NCBI GenBank assembly: GCA_963668675.2
Contig: CAXXMB010000002.1
Span: forward strand, 2,496,001-2,560,000
Direction of reading: 5' to 3'
Length of the DNA stretch: 64,000 nt
DNA from: an uncultured Desulfatitalea sp.
GTDB lineage: Bacteria > Desulfobacterota > Desulfobacteria > Desulfobacterales > Desulfosarcinaceae
Below the pieces are notes generated by a model. It was not told where the DNA came from. It made no database searches and worked only from the letters and a program-made list of their open reading frames with translations. Made by a program: the position numbers and the translations under genes. Within the stretch, counting starts at the first letter, position 1, and each line of letters starts with the position of its first letter. Shown here in pieces: positions 51,859 to 62,215 of this stretch.

Positions 51859-53451
51859 ATGATGTGGACCCGGATGAAACCCTATCGCAGTCATCTTTTG
51901 ATGGCGCTGTTGAGCGGCATCCTGCTCACCCTGGCCTTTCCCAAGATCGATCATGGCTGGGTGGCCTGGTGTGCCCTGGTGCCATTGCTGCTGGTGCTGC
52001 GATCCGTTGGGCCGCGTGTGGGGTTTCTGCTCGGTTTTGCCTGCGGCATGGCACACTACTGCGGGTTGATCTACTGGACCGCTTATACCATGCATGTTTA
52101 CGGAAAATTGCCATGGATCCAGTCGGTTATGGTGCTGATGCTGTTTGCCACCGTCCTCTCCGCCTATATTGGACTATTTGCTTTGGCGGTATGCGCATTG
52201 GCACGCCGGCCCGGTCAATTGGTTGCCGTGGCGCCTGCCGCCTGGGTGCTGGTCGAGTGGCTGCGCGGCTGGCTCTTCACCGGTTTTCCGTGGGAGCTGC
52301 TGGGATATAGTCAGTACGACCGCCTGTGGGTCATCCAGCAGGCCGATCTGTTTGGGGTCTACGGTGTCTCCGCTCTGATCGTTCTGTTTAATGCGCTGTT
52401 GACGCTGGCGCTTCTCTATTGGGCCGAAAAACCTTGGCGGGACCTTTCGGTGCAACGTGGCTTGGTGGTGCGCGGCGGGGTAATCGTCGGTGGATTGCTT
52501 GTCCTGACAGCCACTTACGGTATCTACCGCATCAACGCCATTGACGACCAGGCGGCCCGGGCCGATCGTGCCGAGGTGGCTGTGGTTCAGGGCAACATCG
52601 ACCAGGCCGTTAAGTGGGATGCCAGTTTTCAAATGCTCACCACGGCCAAGTACAAGGATCTCTCAACGAAAGCGGTCGAACAGGGTGCCGATCTGGTGAT
52701 CTGGCCGGAGACGGCGACCCCGTTCTACCTCTTTCACGACAAACTGCTGACCAAGATGGTCATGCAGGGGATCCGGGACAGTCGGATCGATTTCATCATT
52801 GGCAGCCCCAACGTCGATTTAAGTGCCAAGGCGCCCGCCTATTTCAACAGCGCCTACCTGATCAACGCCGATGGGGAGGTGGGGGGGAAATACGACAAGG
52901 TCCATCTGGTGCCGTTCGGCGAGTATGTGCCCCTTGAGCGCTGGCTGCCCTTCATCGACAAGATGGTCGCCCAGGTAGGGGATTTCAAGGCCGGCCACCA
53001 GGGCAATACCCTGATGTGGAAAGAGCACCCCGTGGGGATGTTGATCTGCTATGAGGCTATCTTTCCTGAATTGGCCCGTGCCATGGCCTGCAACCGGGCC
53101 CAGTTGCTGGTCAACATTACCAACGACGCCTGGTTCGGACGCACCAGCGCCGCCTACCAGCACTTCTCCATGGCCGTTTTTCGAAGCGTTGAGAATCGGC
53201 GCTTTTTCGCCAGGGCTGCCAACACGGGCATCAGTGGTTTTATCGATCCCAACGGGCGGGTTCTGGCCGCCACGGATCTTTACACGGATGCCGTGCTATC
53301 CGCCCCGGTGGCTTTCCTGAGCGATCTGACCCTCTACAGCCGATGGGGGGACTATCCCCTTGTCCTGATTTGCCTCATCATTATTGCTTTCTTCGGCGGC
53401 GCCCGCTGGTTGAAGCGCGGTGCGAGCAGGCGCGACCGTTTCTCCCGGTGA
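51859..53451 (+). CDS. lnt: Apolipoprotein N-acyltransferase
   Basis: TGFPW, VQGNI, WPETA, KVHLVPFGEY, ICYE, NDAWFG, ANTGIS. Confidence 0.95.
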   Translation: MMWTRMKPYRSHLLMALLSGILLTLAFPKIDHGWVAWCALVPLLLVLRSVGPRVGFLLGFACGMAHYCGLIYWTAYTMHVYGKLPWIQSVMVLMLFATVLSAYIGLFALAVCALARRPGQLVAVAPAAWVLVEWLRGWLFTGFPWELLGYSQYDRLWVIQQADLFGVYGVSALIVLFNALLTLALLYWAEKPWRDLSVQRGLVVRGGVIVGGLLVLTATYGIYRINAIDDQAARADRAEVAVVQGNIDQAVKWDASFQMLTTAKYKDLSTKAVEQGADLVIWPETATPFYLFHDKLLTKMVMQGIRDSRIDFIIGSPNVDLSAKAPAYFNSAYLINADGEVGGKYDKVHLVPFGEYVPLERWLPFIDKMVAQVGDFKAGHQGNTLMWKEHPVGMLICYEAIFPELARAMACNRAQLLVNITNDAWFGRTSAAYQHFSMAVFRSVENRRFFARAANTGISGFIDPNGRVLAATDLYTDAVLSAPVAFLSDLTLYSRWGDYPLVLICLIIIAFFGGARWLKRGASRRDRFSR

Positions 53452-53458
53452 ACCGGCT

Positions 53459-53504
53459 CCCGTTGATTCGTTGATATCCAGCCCGTTGATTCATTGACAT
53501 CCAG
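53459..53504 (+). repeat. 23-bp tandem duplication upstream of prfB
   Basis: CCCGTTGATTCGTTGATATCCAG / CCCGTTGATTCATTGACATCCAG. Confidence 0.8.
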
Positions 53505-53548
53505 ATAGATCGATATTAATTAAGTCTAACCAAACAGGAGGTGCTGCC

Positions 53549-54647
53549 ATGTCTTCAGAAGTTAAACAAACCCTTAAATCCCTTCGTGAAAAATTGACCC
53601 ACCTGGGAGACTGTCTTTGACCTGGCCGGCAAACGTAACCGCCTGGAAGAGTTAGAAACCATTGTTGCCAAGAGCGGATTTTGGGACAATCCCGAAGCCG
53701 CTAAACCGATGCTCAAAGAGCGCACTTTTCTCACCGGACGCATTGAGGCCTACCAGACCCTGCTCACCGAGATCGATGACAACGATCTGCTCCTCGATAT
53801 GGCCCTGGAGGAGGAGGATGACCAGACCCTGGCCGAGGTCGAGGTCCAGGTCGATTCCCTTGACCGGCGCATGCACGCCTTCTCCCTCGACATGATGTTG
53901 GATGGAGAGCAGGACCCCAACAATGCCATCGTCAGCATCAACGCCGGCGCGGGAGGGACGGATGCCCAGGATTGGGCCGAGATGATGTTTCGCATGTACC
54001 TGCGCTGGGCCGAGCAGCGGCAATACAAGGTGGAGACGATCGATTTTCAGCCCGGTGACGAGGCTGGCATCAAAAGCACCACCTTTACGGTCAAGGGGCA
54101 GTACGCTTACGGGTATCTCAAGAGCGAGATCGGTGTGCACCGGCTGGTGCGCATCTCGCCGTTCAATGCCAGCGGCAAGCGGCAGACCTCCTTTGCCTCG
54201 GTCTTTGTCTATCCCGAGGTGGACAGCGAAATCGTGATCCAGGTCGAAGAGAAGGACCTGCGCATCGATACCTATCGTGCCAGCGGCGCAGGCGGCCAGC
54301 ATGTTAACAAGACCTCCAGTGCCGTGCGCATCACCCACCTGCCCACGGGGATCGTTGTGCAGTGCCAGCAGGAGAAGTCCCAGCACCGCAACAAGGAGAT
54401 GGCCATGAAGGTGCTGCGCTCGCGGCTGTATCAGCACGAGAAAGAGAAGCAGGACGCAGAGCTTCAGCAGATGCATGAGACCAAGGATGAGATCGCCTGG
54501 GGCAACCAGATCCGCTCGTACGTGCTGCATCCCTATCAGATGGTGAAGGATCACCGCACCAATATGGAGATCGGCAATATAAGCAGCGTGCTCGACGGCC
54601 AATTGGACGCCCTGATCGAGGGGGTTTTGCTGGCAGGGATAGAATAG
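53549..54647 (+). CDS. prfB: Peptide chain release factor 2 with programmed +1 frameshift
   Basis: AGGAGG RBS, 23 codons, then CTT TGA C (53615-53621); the +1 frame carries SPF and GGQ. Confidence 0.96.
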
Positions 54648-54653
54648 CAACAG

Positions 54654-55268
54654 ATGAAAGTAGATGCCGAAGCCATTATTTTCGAGTATTACCAGCGCGG
54701 ATCGGCGCTTGCCGATCTGCTGCTGGACCACAGCCGCAGAGTGAGGGACAAGGCGCTTGCAGTGGCCGACGGACTGCTTGGCGAACCGGTCGATCTCGAT
54801 TTCATTGCCGCCGCCGCCATGCTGCACGATATTGGTATCATCGGGACCGCCGCCCCTTCGATTCACTGTCATGGATCCCACCCCTATGTCTGCCACGGTA
54901 TCATTGGACGCCGTATGCTTGAGGCGCATCGTCTGGAGCGGTTGGGGCCGATTTGTGAACGGCATATCGGAACGGGGATCACCATCGTCGATATTCAACG
55001 TCAGAATCTACCCCTGCCGTTGCGGGATATGGTCCCGATTCGACTGGAAGAGATCATTGTGTGCTACGCCGATAAGTTCTTTTCCAAGAGCGGTGGAGGC
55101 TGCGAGCTTCATCCGGAAGAGGTGGTCGCCCAATTGGTACGTTACGGTCCGGAGAAGGCGGCCACCTTCAAAGCGTGGCACAACAGGTTCTTTCACCAGC
55201 CCGATTCGGAAAATGGGGGCCACGCCGACGGAGCCTTACAGATGACCGCTACAGGGAGGATCCCATGA
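54654..55268 (+). CDS. HD-domain (HDIG) metal-dependent phosphohydrolase
   Basis: HS...LHDIG...HG...ERHIGTG...YADKFFSK. Confidence 0.85.
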   Translation: MKVDAEAIIFEYYQRGSALADLLLDHSRRVRDKALAVADGLLGEPVDLDFIAAAAMLHDIGIIGTAAPSIHCHGSHPYVCHGIIGRRMLEAHRLERLGPICERHIGTGITIVDIQRQNLPLPLRDMVPIRLEEIIVCYADKFFSKSGGGCELHPEEVVAQLVRYGPEKAATFKAWHNRFFHQPDSENGGHADGALQMTATGRIP

Positions 55269-56104
55269 CCCGTCGACAGTTGGACGCCGAAGGCGCCCGG
55301 ACACTGCCCGTGGCTCTGACCATTGCCGGTTCGGACAGCTCCGGAGGGGCCGGGGTGCAGGCTGATCTGAAGACCTTCCAGGCCCTTGGCGTTTTCGGTA
55401 TGAGCGCCATCACCGCAGTGACAGTCCAGAACACCCGCAAAGTGTACGCGGTGGAGAATATATCCCCGCAGATCGTATATGAACAGATCACCTGCCTCTT
55501 CGACGATATCGATATCCACGCCGTCAAAATCGGTATGGTGTCCAGTGTGGCCCTCATCGAGGCGATAGCCGCGGCCCTTGCTGAAGTCGAGCGACCTCCG
55601 GTCGTACTCGATCCGGTGATGATCTCCAAAAGCGGTTACGCCCTGCTCGACCCGGATGCCCAACAGGCGCTGAAGACACACCTCTTTCCCCTTGCGGATG
55701 TGGTGACCCCCAATATCCATGAGGCCGAGGTACTGGTAGGTGCAGCGATCGAGACAGAGGCGCAGATGCAGGCGGCGGCCGAGCAGATTAAGGGCTTTGG
55801 TCCGGCCAAGGTGGTGGTCAAGGGGGGGCATCTCAGCGGTGCGCAGGCCACGGATGTGGTTTTCGACGGCACCCATCACCGTGCATTGACCACCGACCGT
55901 CTTTCAACCACCAACACCCATGGTACGGGATGCACCTTTTCGTCGGCTATTGCCGCTTACCTGGCCAAGGGCGAGGCTTTTTTCGATGCGGTGGGCAAGG
56001 CCAAAACGTATGTCACGGGGGCAATCGCCCACTCTCTGGCCATCGGAAGAGGGCATGGCCCAACACACCATTTTTTCGATCTCTATCGACGGGCCGGTTT
56101 TTGA
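55265..56104 (+). CDS. thiD: Hydroxymethylpyrimidine/phosphomethylpyrimidine kinase
   Basis: [41 protein letters not shown]. Confidence 0.96.
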   Translation: MTRRQLDAEGARTLPVALTIAGSDSSGGAGVQADLKTFQALGVFGMSAITAVTVQNTRKVYAVENISPQIVYEQITCLFDDIDIHAVKIGMVSSVALIEAIAAALAEVERPPVVLDPVMISKSGYALLDPDAQQALKTHLFPLADVVTPNIHEAEVLVGAAIETEAQMQAAAEQIKGFGPAKVVVKGGHLSGAQATDVVFDGTHHRALTTDRLSTTNTHGTGCTFSSAIAAYLAKGEAFFDAVGKAKTYVTGAIAHSLAIGRGHGPTHHFFDLYRRAGF

Positions 56105-56132
56105 GGGGATCGTGATATCGCAGGCGTTGTGA

Positions 56133-56561
56133 TTATCCTTTGCGACGCTTGCCATTTCTATCCCAGAAGATTTCGCCTTTCGCTCCGCCGCGATAACCAT
56201 CGACAAAATGAATTCGGGACTTGAGCTGGCCGTTATCGTAGTAGCGGGTGACCACGCCATTGAGAATGCCCTCTTCATAAGGCTCGACACTCTCGATTTT
56301 ACCATTGGGGAAATAGTAGAAACTTCTTCCGTTCAACATTCCGTTTTTATACTCTTTTTTAAAACTGACGGTATTTCGACGGTAAGCCTCGCCATGGCTT
56401 TTTCCGGTGACCACACCACTGAACGGATGATCTTTGCCGATCTGATAGACCTTTCCATTGCGTTGCATCGTCTGTGATATGTCAATCTCATTGGTGCAGG
56501 CCGTGAACATTGCTCCCACCATAAGGAGTATCAGCCATCGGGCGGTGATGTTGAGTCGCAT
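56133..56561 (-). CDS. MORN-variant repeat (YwqK-like) lipoprotein
   Basis: Lipobox FTAC; YYFPNGK / YYDNGQLK repeats. Confidence 0.75.
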   Translation of the reverse strand: MRLNITARWLILLMVGAMFTACTNEIDISQTMQRNGKVYQIGKDHPFSGVVTGKSHGEAYRRNTVSFKKEYKNGMLNGRSFYYFPNGKIESVEPYEEGILNGVVTRYYDNGQLKSRIHFVDGYRGGAKGEIFWDRNGKRRKG

Positions 56562-56846
56562 TGATTTTCCCTTGATCAAACGTCCGGCACAAGCCCCGAC
56601 ACTGCCGGTTCGGCATTTGGTTCCATTTTTGGGTATCGGTATCTTGACGGGAAACCTTAAGTCCATCGGTGGGCGGCCCGGGCCCTCATTCTTCTGAACA
56701 GAAACGGATTGAAGAGATGGAAAAATTCCTTGATGATGGGCCATTGGGATGTGTATAACCCCTCACCAGTAGCCCCACACCATTGCTTTGACCGGTAGAT
56801 CGTTCTCTTTGACCATGGGTGGGATGGATAGCCAAAGGAGTGGCCG

Positions 56847-57707
56847 ATGCCCCCCAAAAAAATCGGATTGGTGGTCAAGCCCGATGACAAGGCGCGGCGA
56901 CATGCCGATGCACTGGATGCGTGGCTTGTGGAGAAGGGTTGCCAGGTCGTACGCATGGCCAGCGATGCGACCTCCCCGTCGGCGCCGGACCCAAGTCCGG
57001 CACAGCCACCGACAGATCTGTTTTGTGCGGTCGTTTTGGGTGGAGACGGCACCTTTCTCAGCGCGGTTCGCTGGCTGGGCGACCATCAGGTGCCGATCCT
57101 GGGCATCAAATTCGGTGAGGTCGGCTTTCTGGCCGAAGCAGCCGAAGAGCAGATCTATTCGGTTGCGGCGACGATACTCGAAGGCCGGTTTACCACCTGG
57201 CAGCGGATGCGACTCAATGTCGAGGTGTGGCAGGACCAGGAGCGACTGGCATATGAGACGGTGCTCAACGATGTGGTCATCAACAAGGGCGCCCTTGCCC
57301 GGCTGGCCCTGATCACCGTCAAGGTGAACGACCGATACCTGACCGACTACCGTGCCGACGGATTGATTCTGGCCACCCCAACCGGCTCGACGGCATACTC
57401 CCTGGCCGCTGGAGGACCAGTCATGCACCCGACCGTCCCGGGGATCCTCATCACTCCCATTTGTCCTTTTACCCTGACCAACCGGCCGCTGATCGTCGCC
57501 GACAGCAGCCGGATCGAACTCCGATTGGCCGAAAAAGCCTCCGATATCATGCTCACCTTCGACGGCCAGGTGGGGCTGCCCATCGACGAGCACCATACCA
57601 TTGTCATCAGCAAGGCCGATTCGCCCGTTCAGTTGATCACACTGCCCGGACGCAGCTTTTTCGATGTTTTGAGAACGAAGCTGAGATGGAGCGGGAGCAG
57701 GACATGA
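56847..57707 (+). CDS. nadK: NAD kinase
   Basis: [34 protein letters not shown]. Confidence 0.95.
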   Translation: MPPKKIGLVVKPDDKARRHADALDAWLVEKGCQVVRMASDATSPSAPDPSPAQPPTDLFCAVVLGGDGTFLSAVRWLGDHQVPILGIKFGEVGFLAEAAEEQIYSVAATILEGRFTTWQRMRLNVEVWQDQERLAYETVLNDVVINKGALARLALITVKVNDRYLTDYRADGLILATPTGSTAYSLAAGGPVMHPTVPGILITPICPFTLTNRPLIVADSSRIELRLAEKASDIMLTFDGQVGLPIDEHHTIVISKADSPVQLITLPGRSFFDVLRTKLRWSGSRT

Positions 57708-57710
57708 TTT

Positions 57711-58751
57711 TTACGGCCTCGCCCCTGCATCGGTGGGTTGCGGCACCGGATCGGGCGGCAGATTGCCGCGAATGAACACACTCTTCTGAAGGGACTCCAC
57801 GACGCGATCGACCTCTTCGACGCCCTGGCGGATCTCCAATATCCCCTCCTTGAAAGAGGTTGTGATCTCGGGCACCTGATGACTGCCCTTTTTGATGTTC
57901 TCCATGATCGTCTGGAGGTCACCGGCCGACCTGCGGATCTCCTCCAGAATTCCCTTGGCCTGCTCCACCCCCTCGTTGATGGCGCCGCCGGTTTCGCGAA
58001 AGACTGTCAGGTTTTCGTTGACCAACAGCATGGTGTCCGGGGCGCTGGCTGCGGCCCGATCGATATTCTCCAGGATGTGGCTCATCTTCTCCATGTTGTC
58101 GACAATCTTCTGCAGCAGGTCATCGGATTTCAGCATCAGGCCCATGGGACCTTTTCCGGCCTCAAGGTCCGTCGTTATTTTTTGGATGTCACGGCTGACC
58201 CGCTCGATGTTGTTGAGCGACACGAGCAGGGGGCCTTCGGGGTTGCTCAAATTTTCGCTGATGATAGAGATGTCCTGGATCGCTTTAACCACCATCTTGG
58301 CCGTTTTTTCGACCTCGAATTCGGTCAGGATGTCATCGATGGATCTCTTCTCGCGTGACGGAATGTTGCCGCTGTGGGCAATGGCTGGCGCATCGGTCGA
58401 ACCCGGGATGATGGCGATATATTCAGACCCGATCAGGGTGGGGCTTTCGACCACTGCCACGGCGTTTTGGCGGATGCGCGAGGTGTACTTCTCCCGAATG
58501 GCCAGTTTGACCAGGACGCGATTCTTCTCCAGGGTGATATCGTCTACTTTGCCAATGTCGGCCCTGAAGAGCTTTACGGCGGCATTCTCTTGAAGGTTAT
58601 AGGTTTCGTTAAAAGAGGTGTAGTAAGTGACGTAGGTTTCAAACCAATCTTTGCCGCGACCGATCATCACCATCATCGCCATCAACAACAGGAACACCCC
58701 CACCACGAAAGTGCCCACGATCTTCTCTATTCTGGAAAATTCCATCTCCAT
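57711..58751 (-). CDS. MlaD/MCE family protein with long helical C-terminus
   Basis: N-terminal TM (VGTFV), MCE domain (IGKVDDI...LIGSEYIAIIPG); operon with MlaE. Confidence 0.85.
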   Translation of the reverse strand: MEMEFSRIEKIVGTFVVGVFLLLMAMMVMIGRGKDWFETYVTYYTSFNETYNLQENAAVKLFRADIGKVDDITLEKNRVLVKLAIREKYTSRIRQNAVAVVESPTLIGSEYIAIIPGSTDAPAIAHSGNIPSREKRSIDDILTEFEVEKTAKMVVKAIQDISIISENLSNPEGPLLVSLNNIERVSRDIQKITTDLEAGKGPMGLMLKSDDLLQKIVDNMEKMSHILENIDRAAASAPDTMLLVNENLTVFRETGGAINEGVEQAKGILEEIRRSAGDLQTIMENIKKGSHQVPEITTSFKEGILEIRQGVEEVDRVVESLQKSVFIRGNLPPDPVPQPTDAGARP

Positions 58752-58830
58752 GAGCGTTTATCTTCTCCCACTGGCAAAGACGCCGTGGCAAAACGATGAC
58801 GCGATACAGCGTCACCTGCCGGGGCGGCCC

Positions 58831-59499
58831 TTACACCATGGCGGTCAGAGATCCATTGTTGATCATCACTTTTCGATTGGCGAAGCGTTCTACCAGCCGT
58901 TGATCGTAGGAGAGAAAGACGATCGGCAGGCGTGCGGCGATCAATCGGTTGAAAAGGGTGACCAGGAGGTCGAATTTGGCGTGCCCGATGAAATCCTCGG
59001 GCTGGGAAAGCAGCATCACATCCGCTCTCTTCGTCAATTCACGGATAACGATGGCCGCCTGGATCTCCATGGTGTTGAGTTCGGATGGCCGTTTGTCAAG
59101 CTTCTCCATGAGGTCGAAATCGCTGCACAGGGAGAGGGCCTCGGGCTCGAGACCGATGTCCAGCCGGTTTTCGTAGTAGTAGCGCTGCAGCAGCAGATTT
59201 TGTCGTAAACTCATATTGCTGATAAGGGCTGCATCACGTGCCACATAGCCGATCTTTTTCTTGCATTCCAGCATCTTATCATATCTTTTCAGATCGTGGG
59301 GCTGCCCTTTGAAAATGTAGGTGCCTTTCAGCGGGTGAACCAGGGTGGCCAGAGCCCTTAGAAACAGTTGGGCATCGTCCGGGTTGCCGCTATCAATGGC
59401 GCACACATCGCCCTTGTCGAGGCTGAAGGAGAAGCCGCTGAGACCGTCACCCGATCCTTGTGCCGCCAGGGTGTAGTTTTTTAGCTGCAAAAGGGACAT
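58831..59499 (-). CDS. ABC ATPase-like protein (MlaF position) with degenerate motifs
   Basis: ABC layout (FSLDKGDV, KKIGYV, SNMSLRQNLLL, LDKRPSEL), but no GxxGxGK, LSGG or DE. Confidence 0.75.
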   Translation of the reverse strand: MSLLQLKNYTLAAQGSGDGLSGFSFSLDKGDVCAIDSGNPDDAQLFLRALATLVHPLKGTYIFKGQPHDLKRYDKMLECKKKIGYVARDAALISNMSLRQNLLLQRYYYENRLDIGLEPEALSLCSDFDLMEKLDKRPSELNTMEIQAAIVIRELTKRADVMLLSQPEDFIGHAKFDLLVTLFNRLIAARLPIVFLSYDQRLVERFANRKVMINNGSLTAMV

Positions 59500-59517
59500 G
59501 GCTCAAAAGATACTCGA

Positions 59518-60294
59518 TTACAGATAAAAAGATAATGAAATCAGAACATTGATAACCAGGCAATAGAGGAAACCTTCCACGGCCGAACGCGATGTGGCCA
59601 CCGGAACCTCCGTGATCTGGCGCTTCATCTCAAATCCACGATACAAGCTGGTCACGGTTATGGCAACGCCAAACACCACCGCCTTCAGCAGCCCGACCCC
59701 GATATCCGCTGGTTTGATGGCCTTTGCGATCTGGAACAAAAAGTTGCTCATGGGGATATCGGTCACCATCCAGACGATGGCATAGCCGCCCAGGATCGAT
59801 ACCAGATCGAACACCACAAAGAGCCCCACCATGGCCGAGGTGATTCCGACCAGGCGCGGCAGGCACACCACGCGGATCGGATCCAACCCGGCCATCTCCA
59901 TGGCGTCCAGTTCGTTCAGGACACGCATGTAGCTGATTTCGATGGTAACCGCCGTCGATGAGCGTAGCAGCACCAACAGGGCAGTGATAATCGGTCCGAT
60001 TTCCCGGACGATGAGCAATACCGATATGCGGCCGAAGTCATACTGTCCGGATAATTTAGCGAATTGAATGATTACCATGCTACCGACCAGCAGGGCGATG
60101 GGCATGAGGATCGGCAGCGCCTCGACGGCGGTAAAATAGAGCTGCTGGATGATGATGCGCCAGACCAGGGCACGGCCCTCTTCGGGGCGGTGGCGAACTT
60201 GGGCAAAGATGCGGTAGAGGAATGCAAAGAGATCCAGCAGATGGGTGATGGAGTCGATGGCCTTGCGACCAATATAACCGATAATCCTTATCAT
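59518..60294 (-). CDS. MlaE family ABC permease
   Basis: VREIGPIITALL, ELDAMEMAGLDP...LPRL. Confidence 0.9.
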   Translation of the reverse strand: MIRIIGYIGRKAIDSITHLLDLFAFLYRIFAQVRHRPEEGRALVWRIIIQQLYFTAVEALPILMPIALLVGSMVIIQFAKLSGQYDFGRISVLLIVREIGPIITALLVLLRSSTAVTIEISYMRVLNELDAMEMAGLDPIRVVCLPRLVGITSAMVGLFVVFDLVSILGGYAIVWMVTDIPMSNFLFQIAKAIKPADIGVGLLKAVVFGVAITVTSLYRGFEMKRQITEVPVATSRSAVEGFLYCLVINVLISLSFYL

Positions 60295-60412
60295 GCCTGG
60301 TCTTTGGCGCTGTCCCCTCTCGCTGAGGATTGGTTGACTTCCTAAGAGTCATACAATATATTGCATAATACGGTCAATCAGTTTGGATAACTACCTAAAA
60401 ATAGTGATTATA

Positions 60413-61303
60413 ATGCGTCTCCGGTTTCTGCTGAGTTGTTGCTGTCTTCTGTTTGCCTGCCCCTTGGTTGGCCATGCCGAACCCTTACAAGAGCTTATCG
60501 AAACCCTCCCCAATGGCTGCATCAATTGGACCAAGGGACTTCTTGAGGCCAAAGGAAGTTCGCCATCCGGTAGCCTGCCGGATGCCGGGAGCCGGTCCGA
60601 GGAACAGATGGTCCGGCAGGCCCGCCAGGAGGCGGCCAAACATATGCTGCAAACCATGCATCAGGTGCGTATGGATGGTACCCGTTATATATCCCACATG
60701 ATGTCGTTGGATTACCAGGTGGGGGCCAAGGGGGATGAGATGGCGGCGGCTGCGCCGGTTGTGGCAAAGCACCTTAAGGTGGACGGAAAGATGGAGGTCA
60801 CGGTTCAGATGGCCTTGCTCGGGCCTCTGGCGCAGTTGGTGTTACCGGAGTCGATCAAGCAGGTGGACACCATCAAATCGATCAATTCGGTCGCTGACGA
60901 GACAGAGGATGAGGCGACGTCTGAGGTGATCGGGCGCCAGGCGTCGACGGATCGGTCAAATGCCTATACCGGATTGATTGTGGATGCCCGCGGCACCGGG
61001 GCAAAGCCGGCCATGGTGCCTCTGCTGGTTGATGAGAGCGGCAAAGAGGTGTATGGATCGGTCTTTGTCAGTCGGGAATATGCCGTTCAGCAGGGGGTGT
61101 GCATGTATGCCAGCGCCTTGGCGCATCCGGAGCAGCATCCCCGGGTGGGGCCGAATCCGCTGGTGGTAAAGGGGTTGCGGACATTTGTTGATCGCAACTG
61201 TGATATCGTGATCAGCAACGCCGATGCTGCCAAACTGATGGATGTGTCGGCCAATTTGGGCTTTTTAAAACAGTGCAGGGTGATGATCATTCTTGACCCC
61301 TAG
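60413..61303 (+). CDS. Secreted hypothetical protein (LPP20-like N-terminus)
   Basis: Signal peptide; INWTKG..EAKG, YTGLIVDARG, RVGPNPL. Confidence 0.7.
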   Translation: MRLRFLLSCCCLLFACPLVGHAEPLQELIETLPNGCINWTKGLLEAKGSSPSGSLPDAGSRSEEQMVRQARQEAAKHMLQTMHQVRMDGTRYISHMMSLDYQVGAKGDEMAAAAPVVAKHLKVDGKMEVTVQMALLGPLAQLVLPESIKQVDTIKSINSVADETEDEATSEVIGRQASTDRSNAYTGLIVDARGTGAKPAMVPLLVDESGKEVYGSVFVSREYAVQQGVCMYASALAHPEQHPRVGPNPLVVKGLRTFVDRNCDIVISNADAAKLMDVSANLGFLKQCRVMIILDP

Positions 61304-61328
61304 CGGTTCGAGGTTTCGAGGTGGCACT

Positions 61329-61685
61329 ATGTTGAAGGGAATGCTGGTCGGGTTGGTGACCGTTTTGGTTCTGGTTGCCTGTGGCCCGGATACCATTTTT
61401 TTACGCCAGGGGTTTGATACGCCGGCACATCATGTTTCAAACGGCAATGCGCTGCTCGAAAGGAACAAATTCGTAGATGCCTGCCGTGAATTCGAACGGG
61501 CAAAAGAGCTGGACCCGGAGTATGCAGAAGCTTATGTTGGCTTGGGCATCGCCTATGCCAACCGCGGTGACCTTGAAAAGGGACTGGAGATGATGAAGAT
61601 GGCCGATGCTATGGCCAGCAGCCAAGAAGAGCGTTTCAGCGTGCAGAGAGGGTTTGACCAATTGAACCGGATCAGGCAGAAGTAG
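61329..61685 (+). CDS. TPR-containing lipoprotein
   Basis: Lipobox LVAC; FERAKELDPEYAEAYVGLG TPR. Confidence 0.8.
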   Translation: MLKGMLVGLVTVLVLVACGPDTIFLRQGFDTPAHHVSNGNALLERNKFVDACREFERAKELDPEYAEAYVGLGIAYANRGDLEKGLEMMKMADAMASSQEERFSVQRGFDQLNRIRQK

Positions 61686-61984
61686 ATATTGTCAATCACC
61701 ATCTGTTTTAGCGTATATAGCTTCATCCGCAAACCTACCCCTCGGCAGCCCGATGCATGCCAGCTATGCCATTAGCAGCCATACGTCTGAATCAAAGAAG
61801 TTCATTCTGAATCCTTTCCCAAGCCTCTGTCAACGGTTTCCCATTGGACACTTCGCAAGCCTTTTCCAACTGAAACAGACCCTGTCCCAGAGATGTTAGC
61901 AAAATATTAGGCGTCAGATAGAGTTGTGTTTCCGTTGCCCCCGTTTTCCCGAAAGGAATTGGTCGCCGACCAGGGGAAACCCCG

Positions 61985-62038
61985 CTAACACAAATCTAAC
62001 AAGATGCAAACAATTTCCAAACAGGCCGGGATTAGCTT
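61985..62038 (+). promoter_or_regulatory. Pho-box-like 11-bp-periodic direct repeats plus -10 element
   Basis: CTAACA at 61985 and 61996, CAAACA at 62007 and 62018, TAGCTT at 62033; upstream of pstC. Confidence 0.65.
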
Positions 62039-62215
62039 TGCGACGTTGCTATTGAGGGCAACGAAATGGTTGTGCACAGGTTGGTAAGCGTTGCTTCATC
62101 TTCTTATAATAATGATGATCAGGATCAAAATGGACCTCAGAAGAGACCCTGCCCGGCATGCATCGAAGCGTCGCCGTTGGCTTGAAACACCCGGATCAAT
62201 ACAGGAGCGCCCCCT

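Noticed and set aside
53549..53620. prfB as a frameshifted pseudogene
   Set aside because: CTT-TGA-C is the canonical programmed frameshift site
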